From the NCBI GenBank assembly GCA_012517765.1, contig JAAYUI010000026.1:31843-95842 (forward strand): a stretch of DNA of 64,000 nt. The letters run 5' to 3'. The notes below the pieces were generated by a model that worked only from the letters and a program-made list of their open reading frames with translations, ran no database searches and was not told the origin of the DNA. Positions 17,148 through 26,526 of this stretch are shown piece after piece. The number at the start of each line of letters is the position of its first letter. Within the stretch, counting starts at the first letter, position 1. A program made the position numbers and the translations under genes. The stretch is from Caldisericales bacterium (GTDB taxonomy: Bacteria > Caldisericota > Caldisericia > JAAYUI01).

Positions 17148-19232
17148 ATGAGCCAAAAAACAAAAAAAGCTGGCGCCATAGGTTTAAGGGCCTGGGTTGC
17201 AGGCATTTTTGTTTATGTGTCCTTTGCTATAATCCTGGCAACTTTCTATTTCCCGGGCCTTTCTTTCACCCTCCATTCAGGAAATATTGCACCAAAGGAC
17301 ATCATATCCCCAAGGGACGACCAGATAATCGACAAGGCCGCAACTGATGCGGCAAGGGAAAGGGCAGCTGCAAGCGTTCTGACTTCTTATGATTTTGACG
17401 AGAAAGTCCTCGAGAACTCCATAAAACGCATTGACGCCCTTTTTGATCTCGTCATAGAAACAATAAGGGACAAGACACTCCTCACGGACGCCCAGAAAGC
17501 TGAACAGCTCCGTTTCCAGATCGCAAGATCAAACCTTGGTTTTGATCTCAAGCAGGAAACCATTCTCAAGCTTGCAGGGGCCAATACTGCCCAGATAGAG
17601 GACTTGAGGAGCGGTGTTATTGATGTTACAAGGAGCCTTCTCGTAAAAGGCATCAATGAGGAAGGCATAAAAAACATCGCCAATGACATAGAGACTTATG
17701 TCAAACTGAGGCCTTCAAGCCAGTGGACTAGAAGCCTCATGCTAGAAATAACAAGATTCACCGTTGCCCAGAACATGTTTGTCAATGAGGAGCAGACTCG
17801 TAAAAGCAGGGAATACGCCAAAAACAGGATCAGCCCCATTGTGAGGACAGTGAGCGAGGGAGAGATAATAGTGAGGGCTGGTGAGACAATTTCGCCTGAT
17901 GCAATGGCGATAATTGAATACCTCGGGATCGCCAGGAATGTAAGTGACTGGAGAACATGGCTTGCAATTGCGCTCTATCCGCTCATTCTGGTTGTTTTTC
18001 TTTACATGGTAATCGCCACTTCTAACAAAGCTGTTCTTGAAGACACGACAGAAACTGTCCTTTTCGTGGCCCTTGTAGTAGTGTCCCTTGTTGGTTCGAG
18101 ACTTCTTGTTCCGATTTCCCCTTTTCTTGCGCTTACACCTTTTGTGGCCATCATAATGACCATTTTTCTCGGGTCACAGGTGTCGATTCCAGTCATGCTT
18201 GTACTTTCCCCGATTGGTGTACTTTTTAAAAGCATAGCTTCTGCACCTGTTTCCGGGACCATGGCGCTTGCACTTGGCTTTGCACTCATTGGTTACATGA
18301 CTTGTCTTCACCTCCCAAGGGTAAAACGTTTTACCCATTTTGTTGTCGTTATAGCATACTCCCTTATAGGGACTGTTCTTTCAGCCTCACTTTTTGTGCT
18401 TTTCTCCACGCTAGACAGAATGAGCATGCTTGTTGTGGTGGCCATTGCGCTTGGTTCTACGGCAATACAGGTTGCGCTTGCACTTGCACTGACACCTTTC
18501 ATCGAGTTGCTCACCACTCACACAACTGTTTTCAGGTTGCTTGAGCTTTCCGATCTCAACCATCCGCTGCTCAGGAAATTGATGGTGGAGGCCCCTGGGA
18601 CTTACCAGCACTCAATCCTTGTTGGCAACATGGCCTCAATTGCCTGTGATGAAATCGGGGCAAATGGCCTTCTTGCAAGAACTGGTGGTTATTATCATGA
18701 CATAGGTAAGCTGAAATATCCTTATTATTTTATCGAGAACCAGCAGGGCCCAAATCCACATGACAGTCTTTCACCAAGCCTGTCAAAAACAATCATCACA
18801 AAACATGTTTCTGAAGGGATCGACCTTTCAAGGTTTTACAAGCTCCCCCAGGAAATAGCAGGATTTATTGATACGCATCACGGCACGTCGTTGGTCGGTT
18901 TTTTCCTTATGAAGGCCAAGGAAAAAGACCCAGAGGCAGAAGAGGAAGATTTCAGGTACCAGGGGTCGCACCCAAAAACCTTGGAACAGGCGGTAGTCAT
19001 GCTTGCCGACACAATAGAGTCGGCTTCAAGGGCATGCCAGACGCAAAACAACCTCTGCGACCTTGAAGACCTCATCAATAGGCTTGTTGATGAGAAGCTG
19101 AGGGATGGACAGCTCCAGGATAGCCCGATAAGCCTTTCGCAACTAACTGCAGTAAAGAATTCTTTCATAAGACAACTCTCAGCTCAGTACCACAAGAGGA
19201 TTCCATATCCGGCAGAGGTCCAGCATGGATAA
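17148..19232 (+). CDS. pgpH: 7TM-HD (HDIG) membrane phosphohydrolase, PgpH/YqfF-like
   Basis: 694 aa. Extracellular N-domain, 7-TM block and a C-terminal HD domain (HSILVG..., YYHDIGK). Confidence 0.85.
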   Translation: MSQKTKKAGAIGLRAWVAGIFVYVSFAIILATFYFPGLSFTLHSGNIAPKDIISPRDDQIIDKAATDAARERAAASVLTSYDFDEKVLENSIKRIDALFDLVIETIRDKTLLTDAQKAEQLRFQIARSNLGFDLKQETILKLAGANTAQIEDLRSGVIDVTRSLLVKGINEEGIKNIANDIETYVKLRPSSQWTRSLMLEITRFTVAQNMFVNEEQTRKSREYAKNRISPIVRTVSEGEIIVRAGETISPDAMAIIEYLGIARNVSDWRTWLAIALYPLILVVFLYMVIATSNKAVLEDTTETVLFVALVVVSLVGSRLLVPISPFLALTPFVAIIMTIFLGSQVSIPVMLVLSPIGVLFKSIASAPVSGTMALALGFALIGYMTCLHLPRVKRFTHFVVVIAYSLIGTVLSASLFVLFSTLDRMSMLVVVAIALGSTAIQVALALALTPFIELLTTHTTVFRLLELSDLNHPLLRKLMVEAPGTYQHSILVGNMASIACDEIGANGLLARTGGYYHDIGKLKYPYYFIENQQGPNPHDSLSPSLSKTIITKHVSEGIDLSRFYKLPQEIAGFIDTHHGTSLVGFFLMKAKEKDPEAEEEDFRYQGSHPKTLEQAVVMLADTIESASRACQTQNNLCDLEDLINRLVDEKLRDGQLQDSPISLSQLTAVKNSFIRQLSAQYHKRIPYPAEVQHG

Positions 19233-19659
19233 CAGGTGTGATGTTGCCGGCCCTCTGTCTGACCCTTTCAGTAGCCACATAGAAAAATTCGTTGTTTCCT
19301 GTTGCCAGGAAGTTTTTGGGAAACGTTGCCCTGTTGCGGTTTCTATTGCGATTGTGGATGATGATGAAATCCAGTCACTAAACAGGGAGTACAGGGACAA
19401 AGACGAACCAACTGATGTTCTCTCATTTGAGGATGACCTCATCATTGAAGATGGGACAAGCTTTGTTGGTGACATAATAGTTTCGCTGCCATACGCGCAG
19501 AGAGACAAGGGTGACAAACCAATCCTTGAATACGTCCTTTTCCTTGTTGCCCATGGTTTGCTCCATCTGTCAGGTCTTGACCATAAGACCGATGAAGAGA
19601 GGCTCCAGATGATTGAAAAAGGGGAGGAGCTCGTCAGAAAATATGCCCCCAAGATTTAA
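19225..19659 (+). CDS. ybeY: rRNA maturation endoribonuclease YbeY
   Basis: Zinc motif HGLLHLSGLDH. Overlaps the pgpH stop. Confidence 0.9.
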   Translation: MDNRCDVAGPLSDPFSSHIEKFVVSCCQEVFGKRCPVAVSIAIVDDDEIQSLNREYRDKDEPTDVLSFEDDLIIEDGTSFVGDIIVSLPYAQRDKGDKPILEYVLFLVAHGLLHLSGLDHKTDEERLQMIEKGEELVRKYAPKI

Positions 19660-20041
19660 AAGATCATTCTATAGGGCTTTTATTGGCCTTGGGATTGGGT
19701 TTGAAGACCCGATGCTAAAAAGACATATTGCTTCAACCATAGGAGCAATTTCCTGTGCGATATATTACAGGCTTGACAGTGTTGAAATGGCCGTAGTTCT
19801 TTTGTGTTGTTCACTTGTTATTGGCCTGGAACTGCTCAATACTGCTTTTGAGAGGATCGCTGACGAGCTAAAAAATCCCCGGCCATCTCTTGATGTTGCT
19901 GCAGCGTCTGTTTTTATAGTGTCACTATTTTCTCTTGTTATTGGATTTATGTTTTTCTTGCCCAAAGCAGCTGCTTCTTCGCCATGGTTTTTGTTGATGA
20001 TTATGGTTCTAACTCCTATCTCATGGATGGTAATAAAATAA
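19643..20041 (+). CDS. dgkA: diacylglycerol/undecaprenol kinase (DgkA family)
   Basis: Start reset to MPPRFKRSFYRAF (ATG 19643). Three TM helices and the ELLNTAFERIADE motif. Confidence 0.8.
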   Translation: MPPRFKRSFYRAFIGLGIGFEDPMLKRHIASTIGAISCAIYYRLDSVEMAVVLLCCSLVIGLELLNTAFERIADELKNPRPSLDVAAASVFIVSLFSLVIGFMFFLPKAAASSPWFLLMIMVLTPISWMVIK

Positions 20042-21328
20042 ATGGATAACGGTTTGAATTACTTGTATACGTTCCTTCTACTTCTGGCCTCCGCTTTTTT
20101 CTCGGCTGCAGAAGTTGCATTCCTTACCTCTGACAAGATCAAGCTCAAGGAAATGGCCAGTGAGGGTATTTCCTGGGCCAATAGTGTTCTTAAACTCAGG
20201 CTTGATAGGGAAAAGACACTCACTGCCATTTTGTTACTGAACAATCTCGTAAACAATGCTGCTACGGTTATTGCCACAATTATCGCGCAAAACCTGAGCC
20301 AGTCTGCCATAGTGTGGGTAACTCCCATCATGACAATGATAATAGTTATCTTTGGGGAGATGATCCCCAAAACGGCAGGATCCAGGAAACCAATCTCCAT
20401 TGCCAAGCTGGCGCTCTATCCGATGCAGTTCCTTATAGTGGTCCTCACCCCTTTTATATGGATATTGCAGAAAATAACAGAGTTTTTTCTCTGGGTGATG
20501 CACCTTCAGCCAGATTCCTCCCAGTCGGCTGTTGTCACGGAGGACGAGCTGGAGGCCATGATCAATATTTCACACCAGGAAGGGCTCATCCCCACCGAAG
20601 AGAGGGTGATGATAGAGAAGGTGTTCGAGTTTGGAGACACGACGGTCTATGATGTAATGGTGCCAAGGGTCGACATAATCTCGGCGCCAGTGACTTCTTC
20701 GGTCAAAGAACTTCTTTCAATAATAAAAGAACATGGACATTCAAGGTTGCCCATTTACAGGGACAACCCTGACAATGTTATTGGAATATTGCATGTAAAA
20801 GATCTCATATCTTCTGTTGCCGGGGCTGGCAGTGGTGAGTTCAACCTTGAGAAGAAACTCAGGGAGCCATATTTTGTTCCTGACAGCAAGCACATCTCTG
20901 ACGTATTCAAGGAGATGAGGGCCAAGAAAATCCATCTGGGCATGGTTGTTGATGAGTTTGGCGGTATCTCCGGACTCATCACGCTTGAGGACCTGCTGGA
21001 GCAGCTGGTTGGGGAAATTCAGGACGAGTACGACACTGATGAAGAACCTGTCAAAAAAATAAATGAAAACACATATGTTCTTGAGGCCAACCTCAACATG
21101 GAGCAGGTGAATGAAGTCCTTGATACCGATTTGAGCAATGAAAACTACGACACGCTTGCTGGTTTCATGATGGAAAGACTTGGACACCTTGGGAAAATTG
21201 GAGAAAAGGTTGAGACCGGTGATTTCACCTTCATTATTGACCAGATAAGAAAGATGCGCATCCTCAAGGTAAAAGTGATAGACAAGCGCGAGAAATCCAA
21301 AGGTCCCGAGATTTACACGACAAATTGA
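20042..21328 (+). CDS. CNNM/TlyC-family transporter-associated protein (DUF21-CBS pair-CorC_HlyC)
   Basis: 428 aa with N-terminal 4-TM DUF21, a tandem CBS pair and a C-terminal CorC/HlyC domain. Confidence 0.85.
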   Translation: MDNGLNYLYTFLLLLASAFFSAAEVAFLTSDKIKLKEMASEGISWANSVLKLRLDREKTLTAILLLNNLVNNAATVIATIIAQNLSQSAIVWVTPIMTMIIVIFGEMIPKTAGSRKPISIAKLALYPMQFLIVVLTPFIWILQKITEFFLWVMHLQPDSSQSAVVTEDELEAMINISHQEGLIPTEERVMIEKVFEFGDTTVYDVMVPRVDIISAPVTSSVKELLSIIKEHGHSRLPIYRDNPDNVIGILHVKDLISSVAGAGSGEFNLEKKLREPYFVPDSKHISDVFKEMRAKKIHLGMVVDEFGGISGLITLEDLLEQLVGEIQDEYDTDEEPVKKINENTYVLEANLNMEQVNEVLDTDLSNENYDTLAGFMMERLGHLGKIGEKVETGDFTFIIDQIRKMRILKVKVIDKREKSKGPEIYTTN

Positions 21329-21341
21329 TGGCGGTGAAGTC

Positions 21342-22070
21342 ATGCTTGTGATTGGCAATTGGAAAATGAACAAGACCGTGGCAGAAACCAGGGTCTTCAT
21401 AAAGGAACTGCTTCGTGAACATTTTGACAAAACATGCTCCGTTGGTGTTGCTCCCAGTTTTGTTGCCCTGCACATTGCAGGCGAGATTCTGGAAGGTTCA
21501 CCAATTGGTTTAGGAGCCCAAAATTGCTACTTCGAAGACCATGGGGCGTTCACTGGTGAAGTTTCTCCATTGATGCTAAAAGATCTTGGCTGCAAATGGT
21601 GCCTTGTTGGCCATTCCGAGCGAAGACACATTTTTGGCGAAACTGACGAACTGGTCAGAAGAAAAGCAGTTGCCCTTCTCAGGCATGGAGTAAAGCCAAT
21701 CGTGTGTGTTGGTGAAACACTCGAGCAGCGAAACTCCGGAAGGGCCATTTCAGTACTGTCTGCCCAGCTCTCAAGGGCGCTTGAGGGACTGGATCTTGGC
21801 AATGAGGAGTTTGTTCTGGCCTATGAGCCAGTATGGGCAATTGGCACCGGAATGGTTGCCAGACCCTCGCAGATAGAGGAAGCACACAATTTCATCATCG
21901 AGCATTGCAGGAGAATGCACCCGAAAACGGATTTCAGGGTCCTTTATGGCGGGTCCGTTACACCTGAAAACTGCAGGGAGATTGCAGTCAATGGAGTTGG
22001 TGGTTTTCTTGTGGGCGGGGCGTCACTCTTTGTAGAAAAATTCTCCTCGATAATTAGATCCTGCAGCTAG
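21342..22070 (+). CDS. tpiA: triosephosphate isomerase
   Basis: GNWKMN, VGHSERR and AYEPVWAIGTG motifs. Confidence 0.95.
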   Translation: MLVIGNWKMNKTVAETRVFIKELLREHFDKTCSVGVAPSFVALHIAGEILEGSPIGLGAQNCYFEDHGAFTGEVSPLMLKDLGCKWCLVGHSERRHIFGETDELVRRKAVALLRHGVKPIVCVGETLEQRNSGRAISVLSAQLSRALEGLDLGNEEFVLAYEPVWAIGTGMVARPSQIEEAHNFIIEHCRRMHPKTDFRVLYGGSVTPENCREIAVNGVGGFLVGGASLFVEKFSSIIRSCS

Positions 22071-22672
22071 ACTATGGTTGGTGGGAACATTGGTATTTTC
22101 ATCATCCTGAAGATTATCCACACTAGGATCAGATAGACCAGTTCAAACACCCACCACATGTTTATTGCTTGACCCCAACCCTTGGCCAGTTCCACTTTTA
22201 TGTCCCACAGGATTACCCCGGATATTATTGCGAAAAACGCCATTGTGAGATATACCTGCCAGCCGAGAGGCATTCCTGTTGTGATGGCCATTACCACGTA
22301 GGATGGGAAATTCAAAAACCAGAGGTTCACGACCTCCCTGATCTGCTGGTCAAGACCCTGCGGAATCAGGACATTGTCAAACTGAATTGCAGGGATTGAA
22401 AGCAGTGCCAGAAGCGCAACCACACCAAAAACTTTCGCTGACCTGTATTTTATCTCCGTGTTCATCCACGAGACACCATACATCACAAAAAACATTACAG
22501 AGAGAAGAAACAGCCTGTCCATGACTGGCGAGAAGCTGGATTTTCCGACAAGTACCATCTTGCCAAAAAAACCCTGCGCAATGAGCCAGAATGAGAGGGG
22601 TAAAATGAACATTATTGCTGCCACTGTGATTATCGAGATTTCCACGACCCTGATTTTTGTTTTTTCATCCAT
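22067..22672 (-). CDS. hypothetical polytopic membrane protein
   Basis: 201 aa with 5-6 hydrophobic helices. Shares the palindromic CTAG (22067-22070) stop with convergent tpiA. No SD; see the leaderless promoter feature. Confidence 0.6.
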   Translation of the reverse strand: MDEKTKIRVVEISIITVAAIMFILPLSFWLIAQGFFGKMVLVGKSSFSPVMDRLFLLSVMFFVMYGVSWMNTEIKYRSAKVFGVVALLALLSIPAIQFDNVLIPQGLDQQIREVVNLWFLNFPSYVVMAITTGMPLGWQVYLTMAFFAIISGVILWDIKVELAKGWGQAINMWWVFELVYLILVWIIFRMMKIPMFPPTIV

Positions 22673-22680
22673 TTGGGGAA

Positions 22681-22708
22681 ATTATATTTTATGGGGCCAA
22701 ATGGTCAA
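22681..22708 (-). promoter_or_regulatory. strong sigma70-type promoter predicting a leaderless mRNA
   Basis: Minus strand: TTGACC (22708-22703), 16-nt spacer, TATAAT (22686-22681), then 8 nt (ttccccaa) before ATG 22672. Confidence 0.5.
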
Positions 22709-22750
22709 CGTTACTTGCCATATTTTATTCCAGGTTGTATCATTCACACG

Positions 22751-23239
22751 ATGGAACAAGGACAAAGGATGGAGTTTTTGCCTGTTGGAAAATCGGATTC
22801 CGGCTTGTTGGACAAGACTTGCCATTTTGAATGGGCAAGTTTTGAACATCCAGTGCAAGCCAATCAGATGTTTTTCCCCAACACCATAAGTCCCTCACTC
22901 ACGTTCGCATTGAAATTTGCCGATGGCAAAGTAGCTGCTCTATCTTCATTATTTGATTACGACCAGAAAAATAGCAACTGTCAGGTTGCTGTGGTGGGCA
23001 GTGTTGCCCCTGCCGATGTATTCTTGCCATTATTGAGGCACTGTTTTGGGGTCCTGAACCTCGAAAAAGTAGGGGTAAAATTTGTAGAGGGCTCAAAAAC
23101 AATAAATGACCTCGAGAAGATTGGTTTTGTTGTAGAAGTGAAAATGAGAAGACATTCTTTTAACAACGGCAAATACATGGATGTTGTCTGGCTGGCAATC
23201 ACAAGGGACGATTTCAAGAGGTGCAACAATGAACTATAA
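22751..23239 (+). CDS. GNAT-like (RimJ/RimL-type) acetyltransferase, start uncertain
   Basis: The C-terminal part (…EKIGFVVEVKMRRHSFNNGKYMDVVWLAITRDDF) resembles the RimJ-type GNAT C-terminus. The ORF-track start (22673) would lie on top of the divergent promoter, so I prefer Met at 22751 (alternative 22769). Confidence 0.5.
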   Translation: MEQGQRMEFLPVGKSDSGLLDKTCHFEWASFEHPVQANQMFFPNTISPSLTFALKFADGKVAALSSLFDYDQKNSNCQVAVVGSVAPADVFLPLLRHCFGVLNLEKVGVKFVEGSKTINDLEKIGFVVEVKMRRHSFNNGKYMDVVWLAITRDDFKRCNNEL

Positions 23240-24539
23240 AGTTGCCGTTGCTGTGGCAATAGAAGCTGTTTTAATAGCCATTTCAATAATATTTTTTGCC
23301 CCGCTTGGATACATGGGGATAGAGGTGGAGCCAAAGGGCGCCCAGGTGAAAATCGATGGGGACCCGGCGGGGAGATCACCATTATATCTGGCTTTTGTAA
23401 CACCACGCAGGTACCAGCTCGAGATAAGCAAGGAAGGTTACAAAACACTCAATGCCAGTTTCAACGTTTCCAGGTTTACCAAGACCATACAACAATTCAA
23501 GCTTGAAAAGGTCTATTCGTATGAGATACTTTCCGATCCGCCTGGAGCATATGTCATCCTGGATGGGAAGCTCCTGCAGGAGACCACGCCAATGAAAATT
23601 GGTGGCCTGACTGCTGGCAAGTACTTGCTGATACTTCAGAAAGATGGGTATCCTTCGATATCAAAAGTCATTGAGACATCACAAAGTAAAGCTTCTTTTC
23701 TGCTTTCTTTCAGGCAGGGGATAAATGTCGAATTCATATCAAATCCTCCAGGAGCAGAACTCCATCTGGATGGGAAAAAAGTTGGTGTGACCCCCTGTAT
23801 TGTTGAGGGGCTTTTCGCAAAGACTTACAAGGCCGAACTCACACTTGAAGGGCATGAAGACCTGAAACAGAACGTAGATATCAGTGTAAATGGGGACAAG
23901 GTGGCTTTCACACTCAGAAAGCTAAACCCTCTTGCCATAATTTCGGACCCGCCAGGCCAGATTGCATATCTTGATAGCAGACCTGCCGGCAAGACGCCAT
24001 TGATGGTCAATATCGTTGATGGACACTACGAAATTACTGTTGGAAAGATAAAAAAACAGGTTGTTTTGCCAAAAGACCAGGTTGTCAAAATAGAAAACCC
24101 TGAAAAAGCAAATTTTGAGCTGATAAATGAGAGCGGTGCTATCCAGAAATATCAGGGCCCATCCGATTCAGTCTTGCCCAAACCGTCAAATGGCAAATAC
24201 AGGCTGGCCGTCTCAATCGAAGGAGGAAGAATATATCTTTCAGAATACACTTTTGCCGACAAGCCGCAAAAGGTGTCTTCGTATGTATACTCAAAAGACG
24301 GGAAGACGATAGTGCGGAGTGTTGGCGGTGCAAGATCCATTGAAATTGTGACCCCAAAGGAAAATATTGAGCTCGGCATGGGCGAAGCTCAAATAGACAT
24401 CAGGCAGATTGAAGAAAAAATAGGCAAATTCGACACCCTCAACATAATGGTCGGGCAAGGGGTATGGAGTGCCAAATTCACGCTCACAAAAGCCGAGATT
24501 ATGGCAGGTATTATTCTTGAAGTGGAGGTCGTCAGGTGA
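23229..24539 (+). CDS. membrane-anchored PEGA-domain protein
   Basis: Start reset to ATG 23229 (MNYKVAVAVAIEAVLIAISIIFFA, TM). At least 4 PEGA repeats (PKGAQVKIDGDPAGRSPL, PPGAYVILDGKLLQETTP, PPGAELHLDGKKVGVTP, PPGQIAYLDSRPAGKTP). Confidence 0.75.
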   Translation: MNYKVAVAVAIEAVLIAISIIFFAPLGYMGIEVEPKGAQVKIDGDPAGRSPLYLAFVTPRRYQLEISKEGYKTLNASFNVSRFTKTIQQFKLEKVYSYEILSDPPGAYVILDGKLLQETTPMKIGGLTAGKYLLILQKDGYPSISKVIETSQSKASFLLSFRQGINVEFISNPPGAELHLDGKKVGVTPCIVEGLFAKTYKAELTLEGHEDLKQNVDISVNGDKVAFTLRKLNPLAIISDPPGQIAYLDSRPAGKTPLMVNIVDGHYEITVGKIKKQVVLPKDQVVKIENPEKANFELINESGAIQKYQGPSDSVLPKPSNGKYRLAVSIEGGRIYLSEYTFADKPQKVSSYVYSKDGKTIVRSVGGARSIEIVTPKENIELGMGEAQIDIRQIEEKIGKFDTLNIMVGQGVWSAKFTLTKAEIMAGIILEVEVVR

Positions 24540-25015
24540 AGAAGACCCTTTTTGTCCTGCTTACTATCATGGTCCTTGCTGGTTGTGGCAGGCGTGAAGT
24601 GGTTTTTGTCGGCACCCATGAAACAACATGGGGCAGTGTAGGGGTTGCTGCCGGCTGGAAAGCCGAACCCGTCAACAAATCCGATGTGAATCTTTATTCC
24701 ATAGAAGAGCATAATGTGAAATTGACAATACGGCTCCTTCCGTTCCCAAAAGACCTTGCCGGCTACATAGAAGGGCAAGCAAAACTTACAGGGAGAGAAT
24801 TTGTGGGCTCTGAAGATGTGGAACTGGGTGGCGGAGAGGCAAAAAAATTCAGGATGAAGGCCGTTTATGCCAAACTCAATCTGATTGAAGACCTGTATGC
24901 AGTAAAGATTGGCGACCAGCTTTTGTCAATTCTTGTGTCGGTGCCTGAGGAGTCGATGACTGGGTACCAGGCAGAACAGGTGGCAAACTCTGTCAGGTGG
25001 AATGGAGGGAGATGA
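24536..25015 (+). CDS. hypothetical lipoprotein
   Basis: GTGA overlap with the PEGA gene. Lipobox MKKTLFVLLTIMVLAGCG. Confidence 0.6.
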   Translation: MKKTLFVLLTIMVLAGCGRREVVFVGTHETTWGSVGVAAGWKAEPVNKSDVNLYSIEEHNVKLTIRLLPFPKDLAGYIEGQAKLTGREFVGSEDVELGGGEAKKFRMKAVYAKLNLIEDLYAVKIGDQLLSILVSVPEESMTGYQAEQVANSVRWNGGR

Positions 25016-26430
25016 GCGAAGAAAACCAGGGTGATCTTTTTGGAGTCGGGCAGGAAGAAACGCAGAAAGTGCAAAGCGCCATAAATGAAGCCCTAACATT
25101 CTTCAAATCTGGAAAACTTGTCGAAGCACAAAAAATTTTGTCGCAATCCATAATTTTTGTTGAAAAGTCTCCGCCAGCATTTGGTTTTGCGCTTTTACAA
25201 AAACTTTGTTCAGTTGATTATCTCAGGGGCGACAAAGCCTCGCTTGTCCAGCACCTCAAGGCGTTGGGAACATTTTTGATGTCATCAAAACAATTCAAGC
25301 AGGCCGCAAATGTTTTTGATACCACCCTCGCATTTGAGCCAGACAACAAGGAAATCATTTTTTTAAATGCCAAAAACATCATTTTGTCTGGGGACCTTCC
25401 GCTGGGAGTGCCACAGCTCAAAAAAGTCATCGATTGTGATCCGACAAATGTTGAAGCGTTTGCCCTTCTTGTAAGAAACAGCGCTTCTTACAGGCCCGAA
25501 GGTGCCCTTCAATATGTCAATGGTTATCTCAGGCTCCAGCCGGACAGCTTTGATGCCCATGGTGATGTTGTCAGGATATATGAGCAACTTGGGATACAAA
25601 CCGAGGCAGTAACACTCAGGATTAAAATGTCGGCTTTGACCAAAGATGAAAAACAGCTCCAGGAGCATCTTTCGGAGTCATCCAGGCTTTATCCAAATGA
25701 ACCAGAATTTCACCGTAAAATGCTTGAGATTGCCGTAACAAATACTGACTGGGAAAAAGCAGATGTAGAACTGGCCCACCTTTCGAAAATATTCGAGAAA
25801 TCGGCAGATTTGAGGCAAGCCCTGATATTTTCTGAAATGAGGCTGGCAATTGACCCAAAATCGGAAGAATTGAGGGAGGAAGTGGTTGTAATAAGGAAAC
25901 AGCTCGGCCTTATTGATTCGCCACTGGTTTTCCAGGAAGCACCGCTTCCATGGCTGGAGAGCGCAAAGAGGTGTTTGTTAACACTTGATTTCCAGCCCTA
26001 TTTTGACAAATGTTCCAAGTCAATCCAGGAGGCCCTGTCCTCCGGTGATGTTGAAATGGCAAAAAAGGTCCGCCTGGAATGGCTCTCTGTTCAGGAGTTC
26101 AAGGGCATACTTGAAGAGAGACTTGAAGGCAACCATTCGGCAACAGATGATGTCTGGGCCAAGCTAATGACTGCCTCGACATTTGAACAGCTAAAACCTC
26201 TGAAGGACGCACACCCGAAGTTGCTGCCGGTTTTGGAAAAAATCCTTGTTGCATCCAGAGATGATGTTTCCAGGCTTATTGGAATCTGGCTGGATGAAGC
26301 CCAGACATCGGCAAACGCGGTTGATTTTGAGGCCACAAAGGTTTATATTTCGCTTCTGGCCCAGACGCTCCCATCGCTAGCACCATTCCTTCCAAAAATT
26401 AGGCCAATCCTTCTTGCAACCGTGAGGTAA
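25012..26430 (+). CDS. hypothetical helical-repeat (TPR-like) protein
   Basis: ATGA overlap with the upstream stop. About 470 aa, predicted all-helical, with TPR-like periodicity by eye. No signal peptide. Confidence 0.55.
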   Translation: MSEENQGDLFGVGQEETQKVQSAINEALTFFKSGKLVEAQKILSQSIIFVEKSPPAFGFALLQKLCSVDYLRGDKASLVQHLKALGTFLMSSKQFKQAANVFDTTLAFEPDNKEIIFLNAKNIILSGDLPLGVPQLKKVIDCDPTNVEAFALLVRNSASYRPEGALQYVNGYLRLQPDSFDAHGDVVRIYEQLGIQTEAVTLRIKMSALTKDEKQLQEHLSESSRLYPNEPEFHRKMLEIAVTNTDWEKADVELAHLSKIFEKSADLRQALIFSEMRLAIDPKSEELREEVVVIRKQLGLIDSPLVFQEAPLPWLESAKRCLLTLDFQPYFDKCSKSIQEALSSGDVEMAKKVRLEWLSVQEFKGILEERLEGNHSATDDVWAKLMTASTFEQLKPLKDAHPKLLPVLEKILVASRDDVSRLIGIWLDEAQTSANAVDFEATKVYISLLAQTLPSLAPFLPKIRPILLATVR

Positions 26431-26433
26431 CAC

Positions 26434-26526
26434 ATGGATTTCTGGATCATAACGGCAATGGTCCTTGCCATTGCGCTGACCCTTGTTGGGGTAATCTATA
26501 CGATTGTAAATTGGGGCAAAGAATGA
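26434..26526 (+). CDS. 30-aa single-TM peptide, putative symporter small accessory subunit
   Basis: MDFWIITAMVLAIALTLVGVIYTIVNWGKE. Its stop overlaps the symporter ATG (ATGA at 26523-26526). Below the ORF-track cutoff. Confidence 0.45.
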   Translation: MDFWIITAMVLAIALTLVGVIYTIVNWGKE

